This document shows positions 39,233-46,293 of a DNA stretch of 49,552 nt, one piece after another (the first letter of the stretch is position 1; every line of letters begins with the position of its first letter). Origin of the DNA: a virus (taxonomy: Duplodnaviria > Caudoviricetes); the IMG/VR virus record IMGVR_UViG_3300006872_000002, positions 1-49,552 of that record; one strand, written 5' to 3'. The position numbers were made by a program, and so were the translations under genes. Below the pieces are notes generated by a model. The model was not told where the DNA came from, did not search any database, and worked only from the letters and a program-made list of their open reading frames with translations.

Positions 39233-40171
39233 TTATTCCCTTTCTTTATGGTGTAGGTCCATGATCGTATACAATAGATTATCACACTTCTCATCATTTA
39301 CTGTATCAGGAAGTAAAGATTTTTCTGACAATTCTTCCAACTCTACCATCAAATTCTCAAGCATTGGTGAGACATTACTAAAATGTAATTCCCCATTCTT
39401 AATTTGTTTTAGAAAGTCAACTTGTTTTAGTGGATATGTAAAATCTCCATGTGTCAAAATATCTTTCACCTGAAAGGCAGCACGGAATGCATGAGAGATT
39501 GCCTTCCAATCAATACCCTGATTGGTTTCTGCTTGACGTGCTCGTTCACCAAATTCTTTAACAAAATTCTGCAACATACCAACATAATTATCAGTAGTTG
39601 CAGAAAGAGTCATTTTCTTTCCACACACTTCATAAAACTTACTATCGTCCGATGGTCCACAATGTTCTCCAACTGGAAGAAGATGCAACACATCATGGAT
39701 CTTCTTCTTTGGGTGTTGACGAAGAGATTCTAAAACATTTTTTGCATCCGCTAACCGGCTACCTTTTATACCATACTTTGCGGCTTGTGTTCTCGCATAT
39801 CCAACAAATGATGATAATTTTCTGGTATAGAACAAATGTCTGCTCTTATGAATAATCACCCAATCCAAATTGAATGTGATCCAAAACTCACTTGGTGCAT
39901 GGAGCATATCGAGTGCAACAGTTTCACCCTTCTTTGCAAGTTCAAAGAAATAGGGAAGAGAATATAATTCTCTATCCACATCATTAGATGAATTTTTTAC
40001 ACTACTATTTGTCTTAGTATTATTTGAAATGCTCTTTGGAGTTCTGCAGAAGTAGAGTTCTCTTTTTGATGGGATAAACACCCCCTTATAATCCTTGTCG
40101 GATGAGGGGGTGTTGGTTCCATATAGATGGGAACCAAAAATCATCTCAACTAATGTTGTTCTGTTGCTCAT
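39233..40171 (-). CDS. Pol-beta superfamily nucleotidyltransferase (RlaP / T4 NrdC.11-like)
   Basis: FGSHLYGT.TP.SD.DYKGVF, F.GYA..QA.KY, DWKA.SHA.R, L..IK.G. Confidence 0.85.
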   Translation of the reverse strand: MSNRTTLVEMIFGSHLYGTNTPSSDKDYKGVFIPSKRELYFCRTPKSISNNTKTNSSVKNSSNDVDRELYSLPYFFELAKKGETVALDMLHAPSEFWITFNLDWVIIHKSRHLFYTRKLSSFVGYARTQAAKYGIKGSRLADAKNVLESLRQHPKKKIHDVLHLLPVGEHCGPSDDSKFYEVCGKKMTLSATTDNYVGMLQNFVKEFGERARQAETNQGIDWKAISHAFRAAFQVKDILTHGDFTYPLKQVDFLKQIKNGELHFSNVSPMLENLMVELEELSEKSLLPDTVNDEKCDNLLYTIMDLHHKERE

Positions 40172-40178
40172 GATATGA

Positions 40179-40207
40179 AGTATATCAAACCAATCACAAA
40201 TTGTCAA
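40179..40207 (-). promoter_or_regulatory. Sigma70-type promoter (leaderless transcript likely)
   Basis: TTGACA-17-TATACT; ATG 7 nt after the -10. Confidence 0.7.
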
Positions 40208-40228
40208 TATCTTAAGTTATTGATTTTA

Positions 40229-40438
40229 TTACCAACTACCATAATCAGTTAGGTCAAGTATTTCATGGGTCATGATGTTTTCTAATACAACAGTTATACC
40301 AATACCACCACCATTACCAATATGATAAACAAAATCAGTTATACCTTTTTTCTTTTGATCTTTAATAAATTTTGTGTGTTTACTATTGAATTTTATTGGT
40401 ATGAGATGTGAGAGGTATTCGGGAATAGTTATTTTCAT
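40229..40438 (-). CDS. Hypothetical protein (..DLTDYGSW)
   Basis: 69 aa; GIG..V...N......DLTDY..W motif seen in phage proteins. Confidence 0.65.
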   Translation of the reverse strand: MKITIPEYLSHLIPIKFNSKHTKFIKDQKKKGITDFVYHIGNGGGIGITVVLENIMTHEILDLTDYGSW

Positions 40439-40444
40439 AATTAC

Positions 40445-40473
40445 ACCATATCAAAAATAAATGAGAATGTCAA
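40445..40473 (-). promoter_or_regulatory. Sigma70-type promoter (leaderless transcript likely)
   Basis: TTGACA-17-TATGGT; ATG 6 nt after the -10. Confidence 0.55.
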
Positions 40474-41256
40474 CTATCTATTGATACCACCAGTAACAAA
40501 TAATTCTTGATAATCAATATCATATGACTTATCTGCTGCTGCACTGTTTATCAAAGAATATGCCGGTCTAATACCTGCATTCATAGAATTGGTATTTGAA
40601 GTTGATGCAACCAATACATCGTTAATATAATACTTGGTAGTTTGTGTTTCCGAAGATTTGAACACTACTTTAAACGTTGTAAATGAAGTTGTGATAGCAA
40701 CTCCAGTATCAAATCTGGTTTGAGCGGATGCCCCCCTATTAACAGCGAACCAATTGGTATCAGCGTCCAACTTTTCAAAATATCTTCCATTTGACGGTGG
40801 ATTAACAGTACCTCCACCAGTCAAAAACCCAAATCTCAACTGTGTGTTTGTGTCTACATTGTTTAACCTGAGAATTGTTGAGAATTCTAAATCATACGTG
40901 GAATCAAAAAGTTCTCCACCAACCCCCATAAACAAAGAAGTTAATGTGCTTATTGTCGCAGAAGTAGAACTCCTTGTTATACCAATTCTTCCGGCAACAA
41001 ACGTAGTTCCTATATTTCCACCACTTCTACTCCACCAAATTGGTGTTGCACCATTTTGCATACAATCATCTTGATACCTGAATATATTCTTATTATATAC
41101 AAAAGCAAGTGCTGACCTACCACCAGATGTTACCCCATCAGAAACCTTCAATACTGGGGTTGATGGATCAAAAAATATTTCACCATTGTTTCCAATATAG
41201 GTATTTGAATCGGTATTTGCGCCTTTATCTGGTAATATCTTTATCGTTTTTGGCAT
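40474..41256 (-). CDS. Late structural protein with Mtd-N-like attachment domain and beta-rich (lectin-like) C-terminus
   Basis: YIG..GEIFFD.....LKVSDGVT.GG N-terminus; TATAAATA upstream. Confidence 0.7.
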   Translation of the reverse strand: MPKTIKILPDKGANTDSNTYIGNNGEIFFDPSTPVLKVSDGVTSGGRSALAFVYNKNIFRYQDDCMQNGATPIWWSRSGGNIGTTFVAGRIGITRSSTSATISTLTSLFMGVGGELFDSTYDLEFSTILRLNNVDTNTQLRFGFLTGGGTVNPPSNGRYFEKLDADTNWFAVNRGASAQTRFDTGVAITTSFTTFKVVFKSSETQTTKYYINDVLVASTSNTNSMNAGIRPAYSLINSAAADKSYDIDYQELFVTGGINR

Positions 41257-41277
41257 AATTCCCCCATAGATAGGGAG

Positions 41278-41285
41278 TATTTATA
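41278..41285 (-). promoter_or_regulatory. T4-type late promoter TATAAATA
   Basis: Exact match 21 nt upstream of the ATG at 41256. Confidence 0.75.
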
Positions 41286-41291
41286 ATAGTA

Positions 41292-41366
41292 TGGTGGACC
41301 CTGTAGGTGCTGCCCCTACCACCTCTACAGTGTCAATGTAGTGATCTGCTGCTGATCTAAGGGTCC
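41292..41366 (-). tRNA. tRNA-Val(GAC)
   Basis: Cloverleaf, CCA, loop TT-GAC-AC; T-loop GGCAGCA. Confidence 0.85.
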
Positions 41367-41370
41367 AGAG

Positions 41371-41448
41371 TGGTCCGCCTGACAGGACTCGAACCTGCAT
41401 GATTCTGGTGTCGAAAACCAGATGACTTCCAATTGTCATCACAGGCGG
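41371..41448 (-). tRNA. tRNA-Arg(TCG)
   Basis: Cloverleaf, CCA, loop TT-TCG-AC. Confidence 0.9.
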
Positions 41449-41798
41449 CTAATAATCTCCATCCATTCCTGGTCAAGAATACAGTTCTTTGGTGCATTCT
41501 TAAACATAGGTGCTATTTGTTCGTTCGTATATCCTGCAAGACCACACCCAATACGTGTCACAATAAATCTCATCTCTGGATGTGATTCTGCAAACAATAA
41601 AAACACATCAACAAGTACTTTGATATTATTAAGAGGAAGAGGTTTTAAATTATGATCTTTGGTTGCGATGGCATATGCATTTCCTGTTAAACCTAATCCC
41701 TGGCCATATTCTGCTCCATAAAATTTCCGTGCATGAAGTGCAGCACCCTTCCCATGTCTACCAGCAAGATTTGACCCAAACACAAAAATTTCTCTCAT
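41439..41798 (-). CDS. Conserved phage protein (IFVFGSN.AG.HG.GAA; macrodomain-like)
   Basis: MREIFVFGSNLAGRHGKGAA, AYAI.TK, F.VT.IGCGLAG. Confidence 0.8.
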   Translation of the reverse strand: MREIFVFGSNLAGRHGKGAALHARKFYGAEYGQGLGLTGNAYAIATKDHNLKPLPLNNIKVLVDVFLLFAESHPEMRFIVTRIGCGLAGYTNEQIAPMFKNAPKNCILDQEWMEIISRL

Positions 41799-41811
41799 GA
41801 TATAAATTCTA

Positions 41812-41887
41812 TGGTGCCGCTGACAGGACTCGAACCTGCATCATCTTCTTTAGGAAAGAAGTTCCCGTCCAATTGGGCGACAGCGGC
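41812..41887 (-). tRNA. tRNA-Arg(CCT)
   Basis: Cloverleaf, CCA, loop TT-CCT-AA. Confidence 0.9.
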
Positions 41888-42042
41888 AATTTATTTGTTA
41901 TGAATAATATTTTGAATTACCTTTTTATGTTGACCCATTCTCTTAGAAAGAGAAATGAGATAAGATAATTTTTTAGAATTTCCACTTAATTGGTTTTTTA
42001 CTATTTTTAATAGTTCTTGTAAGTATAAAGTATTCATAGTTT

Positions 42043-42118
42043 TGGTGCCCCCGGCAGGACTCGAACCTGCATGATCCTGATTAGAAGTCAGGTGCCTTTC
42101 CAGTTAGACTACGGAGGC
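42043..42118 (-). tRNA. tRNA-Arg(TCT)
   Basis: Cloverleaf, CCA, loop CT-TCT-AA. Confidence 0.92.
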
Positions 42119-42122
42119 AATA

Positions 42123-42211
42123 TGGCGGAAGATGGAGTACTCGAAACTCATCCCCCGAAAGGAACCATCTGTTTTCGAGACAGTGCCAGCGTCCTATCTG
42201 GTTCATCTTCC
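42123..42211 (-). tRNA. tRNA-Ser(CGA)
   Basis: Long variable arm, G73, loop CT-CGA-AA. Confidence 0.9.
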
Positions 42212-42215
42212 AAAT

Positions 42216-42520
42216 TGGTGGAGGTGCAGGGTATTGCAGCCCTGGTCCAAAGAAACTAATAAAGTGGAATCTCCATGCTACTCAATCAATGACACGACAA
42301 TCGAAGGATTGAGACAACGATTGTTTGTGAAACGAAACTTCAACAACCTGAATATCACGCATCCCCACTTACAGGCTTCAGTGGACCAGCGAGCAGCACT
42401 TACGCTGCTAATGCAAAATTAGATTCGACAGTTTCAATTGCTTGTGAGATTAACGTGGACACCAGCACCCACGGCATGTCCCATCTTCTTTCGTATTCCT
42501 TGTCGATACTATTCACCCCC
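42216..42520 (-). ncRNA. ssrA: tmRNA, tag (A)VESNFALAA*
   Basis: 5' GGGGGTG...TCGAC; 3' CACCTCC-A-CCA with G3:U70; internal AACT-GTC GAA TCT AAT TTT GCA TTA GCA GCG TAA. Confidence 0.92.
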
Positions 42521-42526
42521 ATATTA

Positions 42527-42614
42527 TGGCGGAAGGTACAGGATTTGAACCTGTGTGTGTTTTACCACGCATCGCTTTCCAAGCGAGCCGAATAGGCCAC
42601 TCTCGCAACCTTCC
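42527..42614 (-). tRNA. tRNA-Ser(GGA)
   Basis: Long variable arm, loop TT-GGA-AA. Confidence 0.9.
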
Positions 42615-42621
42615 AAAAATC

Positions 42622-42694
42622 TAGGAGCGGATAATCCAGGATCTCTGAAATTATCCGCGTCCCGTATGCCCGCTTTCTCACATGGAGAACGGGT
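42622..42694 (-). ncRNA. Unknown two-hairpin structured spacer RNA
   Basis: cccg-ttctc/gagaa-cggg and gcggataat/attatccgc stems between two Ser tRNAs. Confidence 0.45.
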
Positions 42695-42701
42695 CTTAAA
42701 C

Positions 42702-42791
42702 TGGCGGAGAGCAGAGGACTCGAACCCCATACCCTTTCAGGTACAATCCGCTTTCAAGACGGTTGTGTTAACCCGTAACACTTTACTTTCC
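42702..42791 (-). tRNA. tRNA-Ser(TGA)
   Basis: Long variable arm, loop CT-TGA-AA. Confidence 0.9.
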
Positions 42792-42797
42792 AAAACA

Positions 42798-42872
42798 TGG
42801 TGCTCCTACAGGGTGTCGATCCCTGTCTTCCAGATTGAGAATCTGGCGACCTAGCCGGTAGTCGATAGGAGC
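42798..42872 (-). tRNA. tRNA-Glu(CTC)
   Basis: Loop TT-CTC-AA; T-loop ATCGACA. Confidence 0.88.
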
Positions 42873-42876
42873 ATTA

Positions 42877-42951
42877 TGGTGGACCACCACGGTACTGCCC
42901 CGTATTCCCCAGGTTAAGAGCCTGGTGCATCACTATTAATGCTTGTAGTCC
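42877..42951 (-). tRNA. tRNA-Lys(CTT)
   Basis: Loop CT-CTT-AA; T-loop GGCAGTA. Confidence 0.85.
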
Positions 42952-42956
42952 GTCTA

Positions 42957-43033
42957 TGGTGTCCCCGACTGGATTTCAACCAGTGTCTCCACCTTCGCAG
43001 GGTGGTATGATATGCAGGCTTCACTACGGGGAC
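42957..43033 (-). tRNA. tRNA-Arg(GCG)
   Basis: Loop CT-GCG-AA. Confidence 0.88.
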
Positions 43034-43038
43034 ATATA

Positions 43039-43113
43039 TGGTAGACGGTAGTGGTACTGCCCCACTCTTGTCTCGCGTGTAAGGCGAGTGCATCCCTTCT
43101 CTGCCAACCGTCC
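43039..43113 (-). tRNA. tRNA-Val(TAC)
   Basis: Loop CT-TAC-AC; T-loop GGCAGTA. Confidence 0.85.
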
Positions 43114-43120
43114 GTTAAAA

Positions 43121-43197
43121 TGGAGCCCCTTGTTGGACTTGCACCAACCGTTTCCACTTTACCAAAGTGGCGTGTCAACTACCTCTACTTAAGGGGC
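43121..43197 (-). tRNA. tRNA-Thr(GGT)
   Basis: Loop TT-GGT-AA; T-loop TGCAAGT. Confidence 0.85.
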
Positions 43198-43205
43198 GCA
43201 AAAAT

Positions 43206-43515
43206 CTGAGTCCAACTATACCCGGCATTCTGTATTCTTCTGTCATTTCTCTAGGAGTATCATTACTGATACCCTCAAGCCACCTACCCGTTCGTTTTGT
43301 GCGAGCAGCACACGAACCTATTTGGTGTTGCACCAGATGGAGATTGCTCGTTTCACCCACCACCAACACCGTAGTGCGTCAAATCATTCGGTGGTGACTC
43401 GTCTCTGTGGCTCTAATCATCAGGTCACCCTGTGTGGTTGTTAACCACCATCTTGCTCTTGGTGTGCCGAAGTTCCTCTAGGTCTGTTACCCTAGCGACA
43501 GAATGTTGAACTCAG
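43206..43515 (-). ncRNA. rnpB: RNase P RNA (compact, about 310 nt)
   Basis: P1 ctgagttcaac/gttggactcag; GAGGAACTTCGGCA pairing with ACAGAATGCCGGGTA (P4); AGAGCCACAGAGA and GGTGAAACG (L11/12); P18 with GTAA tetraloop; CCTAGAGAAATGA before P2. Confidence 0.88.
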
Positions 43516-43689
43516 TAGTCCTTTCTTTACTTTAATACTACCTCGTAACAAATGATGTTTTCCACATATATGACAAAGAGAATCTTTATATTTACGCAAT
43601 TTGCATTTTATACAATACGACCAAAATTCTTCTCCGTTCTTTCCAAATCCAAATGAATTATGATTACATAACATTTGTTTTTTAGTCAT
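43492..43689 (-). CDS. Small Cys/His-rich hypothetical protein
   Basis: 65 aa, CxxC pairs; fills the gap between tRNA-Leu and rnpB but overlaps the rnpB 5' end. Confidence 0.4.
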   Translation of the reverse strand: MTKKQMLCNHNSFGFGKNGEEFWSYCIKCKLRKYKDSLCHICGKHHLLRGSIKVKKGLLSSTFCR

Positions 43690-43696
43690 AATAATA

Positions 43697-43773
43697 TGGT
43701 ACCTAGGGTGGGAGTCGAACCCACAGAAACCTGTTTTTGAGACAGGTATGTTTGCCAGTTACATCACCTAGGT
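43697..43773 (-). tRNA. tRNA-Leu(CAA), short variable loop
   Basis: Loop CT-CAA-AA; 77 nt. Confidence 0.88.
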
Positions 43774-43938
43774 ATTAATCTGTGAAAGAACTTCCAACTT
43801 TGCTTCAATAACTCTGATGTCATTTGCCGCGTCACAAACACCATGCCAATCATGCTCATCCATCTTTGTTCTCAAATATGATATCATAACTGATTTTGAA
43901 TGAATAAGAAACTCAATTTGTTTTTCTTTACCATTCAC
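43768..43938 (-). CDS. Small hypothetical protein (YL..K....DWHGV.DAA.D.R)
   Basis: GTG start with GGAGG RBS; 56 aa. Confidence 0.65.
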   Translation of the reverse strand: MNGKEKQIEFLIHSKSVMISYLRTKMDEHDWHGVCDAANDIRVIEAKLEVLSQINT

Positions 43939-43955
43939 AATATACCTCCATAATA

Positions 43956-44033
43956 TGGTGCCGTGGGTGGGAGTCGAACCCACAAACGAATCGTTTTAAG
44001 CGATCCAGGTATGCCAGTTCCCTTCACCACGGC
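43956..44033 (-). tRNA. tRNA-Leu(TAA), short variable loop
   Basis: Loop CT-TAA-AA; 78 nt. Confidence 0.88.
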
Positions 44034-44034
44034 G

Positions 44035-44080
44035 TTATCGAGTTTAACACATATTTACCACTTATCGAGTTTAACACATA
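44035..44080. repeat. 19-bp direct repeat in a tRNA spacer
   Basis: ttatcgagtttaacacata at 44035-44053 and 44062-44080. Confidence 0.9.
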
Positions 44081-44084
44081 AACA

Positions 44085-44159
44085 TGGAGCCGCTTGACGG
44101 AATCGAACCGTCTTATCTGCTTTACGAAAGCAGCACATCACCGTGTATGTTTAAGCGGC
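44085..44159 (-). tRNA. tRNA-Thr(CGT)
   Basis: Loop TT-CGT-AA. Confidence 0.88.
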
Positions 44160-44176
44160 AATGTCTATTAAACTGT

Positions 44177-44251
44177 TGGTGCCGCCGGTAGGAGTCGAAC
44201 CCACCTGAATCCGGTTAAAAGCCGGGAGCATAGCCGCTCTGCCACGACGGC
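44177..44251 (-). tRNA. tRNA-Lys(TTT)
   Basis: Loop CT-TTT-AA. Confidence 0.9.
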
Positions 44252-44258
44252 GTTACAT

Positions 44259-44336
44259 TGGTCTGGATGGTGGGATTTGAACCCACAATTTCTCGTCTCC
44301 GAAACGAGAGGAGTAGCCTGGTTCTCCTACATCCAG
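44259..44336 (-). tRNA. tRNA-Pro(CGG)
   Basis: Loop TT-CGG-AG; C1-G72, A73. Confidence 0.9.
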
Positions 44337-44349
44337 TTATGTTTCTATT

Positions 44350-44426
44350 GATGGTGGCTAGCCATCCTGGGAGATTGCACTATGCCATCTCACTTCGCTA
44401 CAATGGTTAAATTGTGTGAGACCCAG
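44350..44426 (-). ncRNA. Unknown structured spacer RNA
   Basis: Nested ctggg/cccag, tctcac/gtgaga and acaat/attgt stems plus a gatgg/ccatc hairpin. Confidence 0.45.
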
Positions 44427-44441
44427 TATATATTTAAACTT

Positions 44442-44517
44442 TGGAGCGGGTTATGGGAATTGCACCCATACGAACAGGGTGGAAACCTGTCATGCTGCTG
44501 TTGAACATCAAACCCGC
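44442..44517 (-). tRNA. tRNA-Gly(TCC)
   Basis: Loop TT-TCC-AC; U73; T-loop TGCAATT. Confidence 0.88.
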
Positions 44518-44528
44518 ATATTCAATTT

Positions 44529-44603
44529 TGGAGCGGATGGTGGGAGTCGAACCCACGTGATCTTCCTTGGCAAGGAAGCACATAACCGTTCTGTCACATC
44601 CGC
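44529..44603 (-). tRNA. tRNA-Gly(GCC)
   Basis: Loop TT-GCC-AA; U73. Confidence 0.9.
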
Positions 44604-44754
44604 ATTCTTTTTTACGAGGGATTTCACTTTTCTTATTGTTCCGGCTCTTTTTTCGCATAGGATGTAACTCCCATCTCTTTTCCTCATCGGTATCGATGAG
44701 TATTTCGAGCAAACATTACAGTTTGGCTAACCTCGAACCGTCTATCCTCATAAA

Positions 44755-44829
44755 TGGCGCGGAATGGAGGACTTGAACCCCCTCGGCTACCTCTTCAGGG
44801 TAGTGTTCTGCCAGTTAAACTAATTCCGC
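44755..44829 (-). tRNA. tRNA-Phe(GAA)
   Basis: Loop CT-GAA-GA; atypical G37 and G73. Confidence 0.85.
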
Positions 44830-44833
44830 ATAT

Positions 44834-44908
44834 TGGCTCCAGGGGTAGGGATCGAACCTACGATAGCCTGATTAACAGTCAGGTGCCGTACCGCTTGGCT
44901 ACCCTGGA
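44834..44908 (-). tRNA. tRNA-Asn(GTT)
   Basis: Loop CT-GTT-AA; U1-A72, G73. Confidence 0.92.
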
Positions 44909-45111
44909 ATAATATCTTTACATCGTCTCATTACTTTGCATGTTGGACAATATAGCATTGTCCCATATTGTTTTCTATATGGACTATTTGCTGCGTACAC
45001 ATTACCATATACCTTATACCTTAAAATCATTTATACAATATGTGCATCGAACAGTTTTTCTTTTTGGAAACCGTCTTTCACCAAACCATCCCACATATCA
45101 CCAAAATTTTT

Positions 45112-45311
45112 AGGAGAGACACCTTTCATCATAGCGATATAACCGGCATGCTATGACTCTCTGAACTGCTTGTACCATTTAGGAGTATTGCTCTAGCCTT
45201 ATTGAGCACTCCAATCAGGATTATTAACATGTTTGATGGTATCAGATACCATCTCACCTGATCTCAGTTTCGTGTCCCCTCAGAGTAGGTCCAGATTTCT
45301 CTGTTCTCCTT
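45112..45311 (-). ncRNA. Unknown ~200-nt multi-stem ncRNA with its own promoter
   Basis: Ends pair (aggagaaca/tgtctctcct); internal atcagg/cctgat, gatggtat/ataccatc, ggagt/actcc and catagc/gctatg stems. Confidence 0.6.
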
Positions 45312-45318
45312 AATTTTA

Positions 45319-45347
45319 AGAATACCACAATCTAAACTAAAAGTCAA
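45319..45347 (-). promoter_or_regulatory. Sigma70-type promoter within the RNA island
   Basis: TTGACT-17-TATTCT with TGTG. Confidence 0.7.
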
Positions 45348-45348
45348 C

Positions 45349-45424
45349 TGGTAGAGGTATCTAGATTTGAACTAGAACTAAAAGATTCAGAATCTTCTGT
45401 GCTGCCGGGTTACACCATACCTCC
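45349..45424 (-). tRNA. tRNA-Gln(CTG)
   Basis: Loop TT-CTG-AA. Confidence 0.88.
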
Positions 45425-45426
45425 AT

Positions 45427-45957
45427 TTAATTACCAGGTAAATCAATTCCTTCATTAAACCAACGATAGATACTTCTCACTTCTTCAAATGCAATAGGTT
45501 TATACTCTGTCTGCTCAACACAAACACAAATATACCATGGATCCTGTAACTGATTTGCATGTGTGTGTCCATGCACATTTGCTTTAAACCGTCCCTTACT
45601 CTCTGGATGCACAGGAATATGTGACAACAACATCTGATCCATCACATGATACCCACGAACATCACGAAAATACTTTAGGTAATCAGTGATCTTGAAAATA
45701 TCATGATTCCCTTTAATGAGAACCTTGTCACCATTCAATCTATCTAGGATAGCGAGTGCTTTTCTTGCTATGACTACATCTCCCAGGTGATACACTTTGT
45801 CATGGGGTTTAACGATCCTATTCCATTCCTGGACCATGTATTCATCCATTTCCTCTGGATTATCCCATGGTCTCAACTTCGTTCCGTCATTCCGAAGGAA
45901 CTTACAAACCCCTGCATGACTAAAATGTGTATCTGCTGTCAGAAATATGTTACTCAT
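45427..45957 (-). CDS. Calcineurin-like phosphoesterase
   Basis: ADTHF.H, VYHLGD, KGNHD, LSHIP, NVHGH.H; start at MSNIF. Confidence 0.9.
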   Translation of the reverse strand: MSNIFLTADTHFSHAGVCKFLRNDGTKLRPWDNPEEMDEYMVQEWNRIVKPHDKVYHLGDVVIARKALAILDRLNGDKVLIKGNHDIFKITDYLKYFRDVRGYHVMDQMLLSHIPVHPESKGRFKANVHGHTHANQLQDPWYICVCVEQTEYKPIAFEEVRSIYRWFNEGIDLPGN

Positions 45958-46096
45958 CAGATTTACTTTTTGCTGCATTCCATGCCGCAACACATGACCT
46001 AATATTCAGAGTCCTACGATCTTCTAAAGGAAGAGAGAACCACCATTTTTTGAACTCTTCTGAAGTTTTTAGATTTATAATATTCATATTACTCAT
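45950..46096 (-). CDS. Small hypothetical protein (F.KWW...AAWNAA)
   Basis: 48 aa, overlaps the phosphoesterase start. Confidence 0.5.
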   Translation of the reverse strand: MSNMNIINLKTSEEFKKWWFSLPLEDRRTLNIRSCVAAWNAAKSKSDE

Positions 46097-46102
46097 AATG
46101 TA

Positions 46103-46176
46103 TGGAAGGGGGTAGTGGTACTGCCCCACTGTCTGTTGGTTCAAAGCCAACGGTCCTACTATTGAACGAACCCCCT
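46103..46176 (-). tRNA. tRNA-Gln(TTG)
   Basis: Loop CT-TTG-AA; T-loop GGCAGTA. Confidence 0.85.
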
Positions 46177-46191
46177 ATAACCTTTCAACCA

Positions 46192-46279
46192 TGGCGGAAG
46201 TGGAAGGATTTGAACCTTCGTGGGTGTTACCCCGCATCCCTTAGCAGGGGAGCCTATTAAGCCTCTCTAGCACACTTCC
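46192..46279 (-). tRNA. tRNA-Ser(GCT)
   Basis: Long variable arm; loop CT-GCT-AA. Confidence 0.9.
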
Positions 46280-46293
46280 AAAAACATTTACAT

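Noticed and set aside
1165-40207. Many 60-170 aa alternative-frame or antisense ORFs nested in larger genes
   Set aside because: They lie wholly inside well-supported genes and show no recognisable motifs or RBS
40474-41256. Diversity-generating retroelement target
   Set aside because: No reverse transcriptase or adenine-variant template repeat seen in the window
44035-44080. Mini CRISPR array
   Set aside because: Only two 19-bp repeats with an 8-nt spacer; no cas genes (the Cas4-like gene is the usual T4-like exonuclease)
44604-45131. Very short ORFs in tRNA spacers (44604-44750, 44900-45130)
   Set aside because: Under 45 aa, weak or no RBS, no motif; cannot be supported
45200-45290. TPP riboswitch (GGGG...CTGAGA...ATACC)
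   Set aside because: Lacks the GAACCUGAU / UAAU / AGGGA core, and there is no thiamine gene downstream
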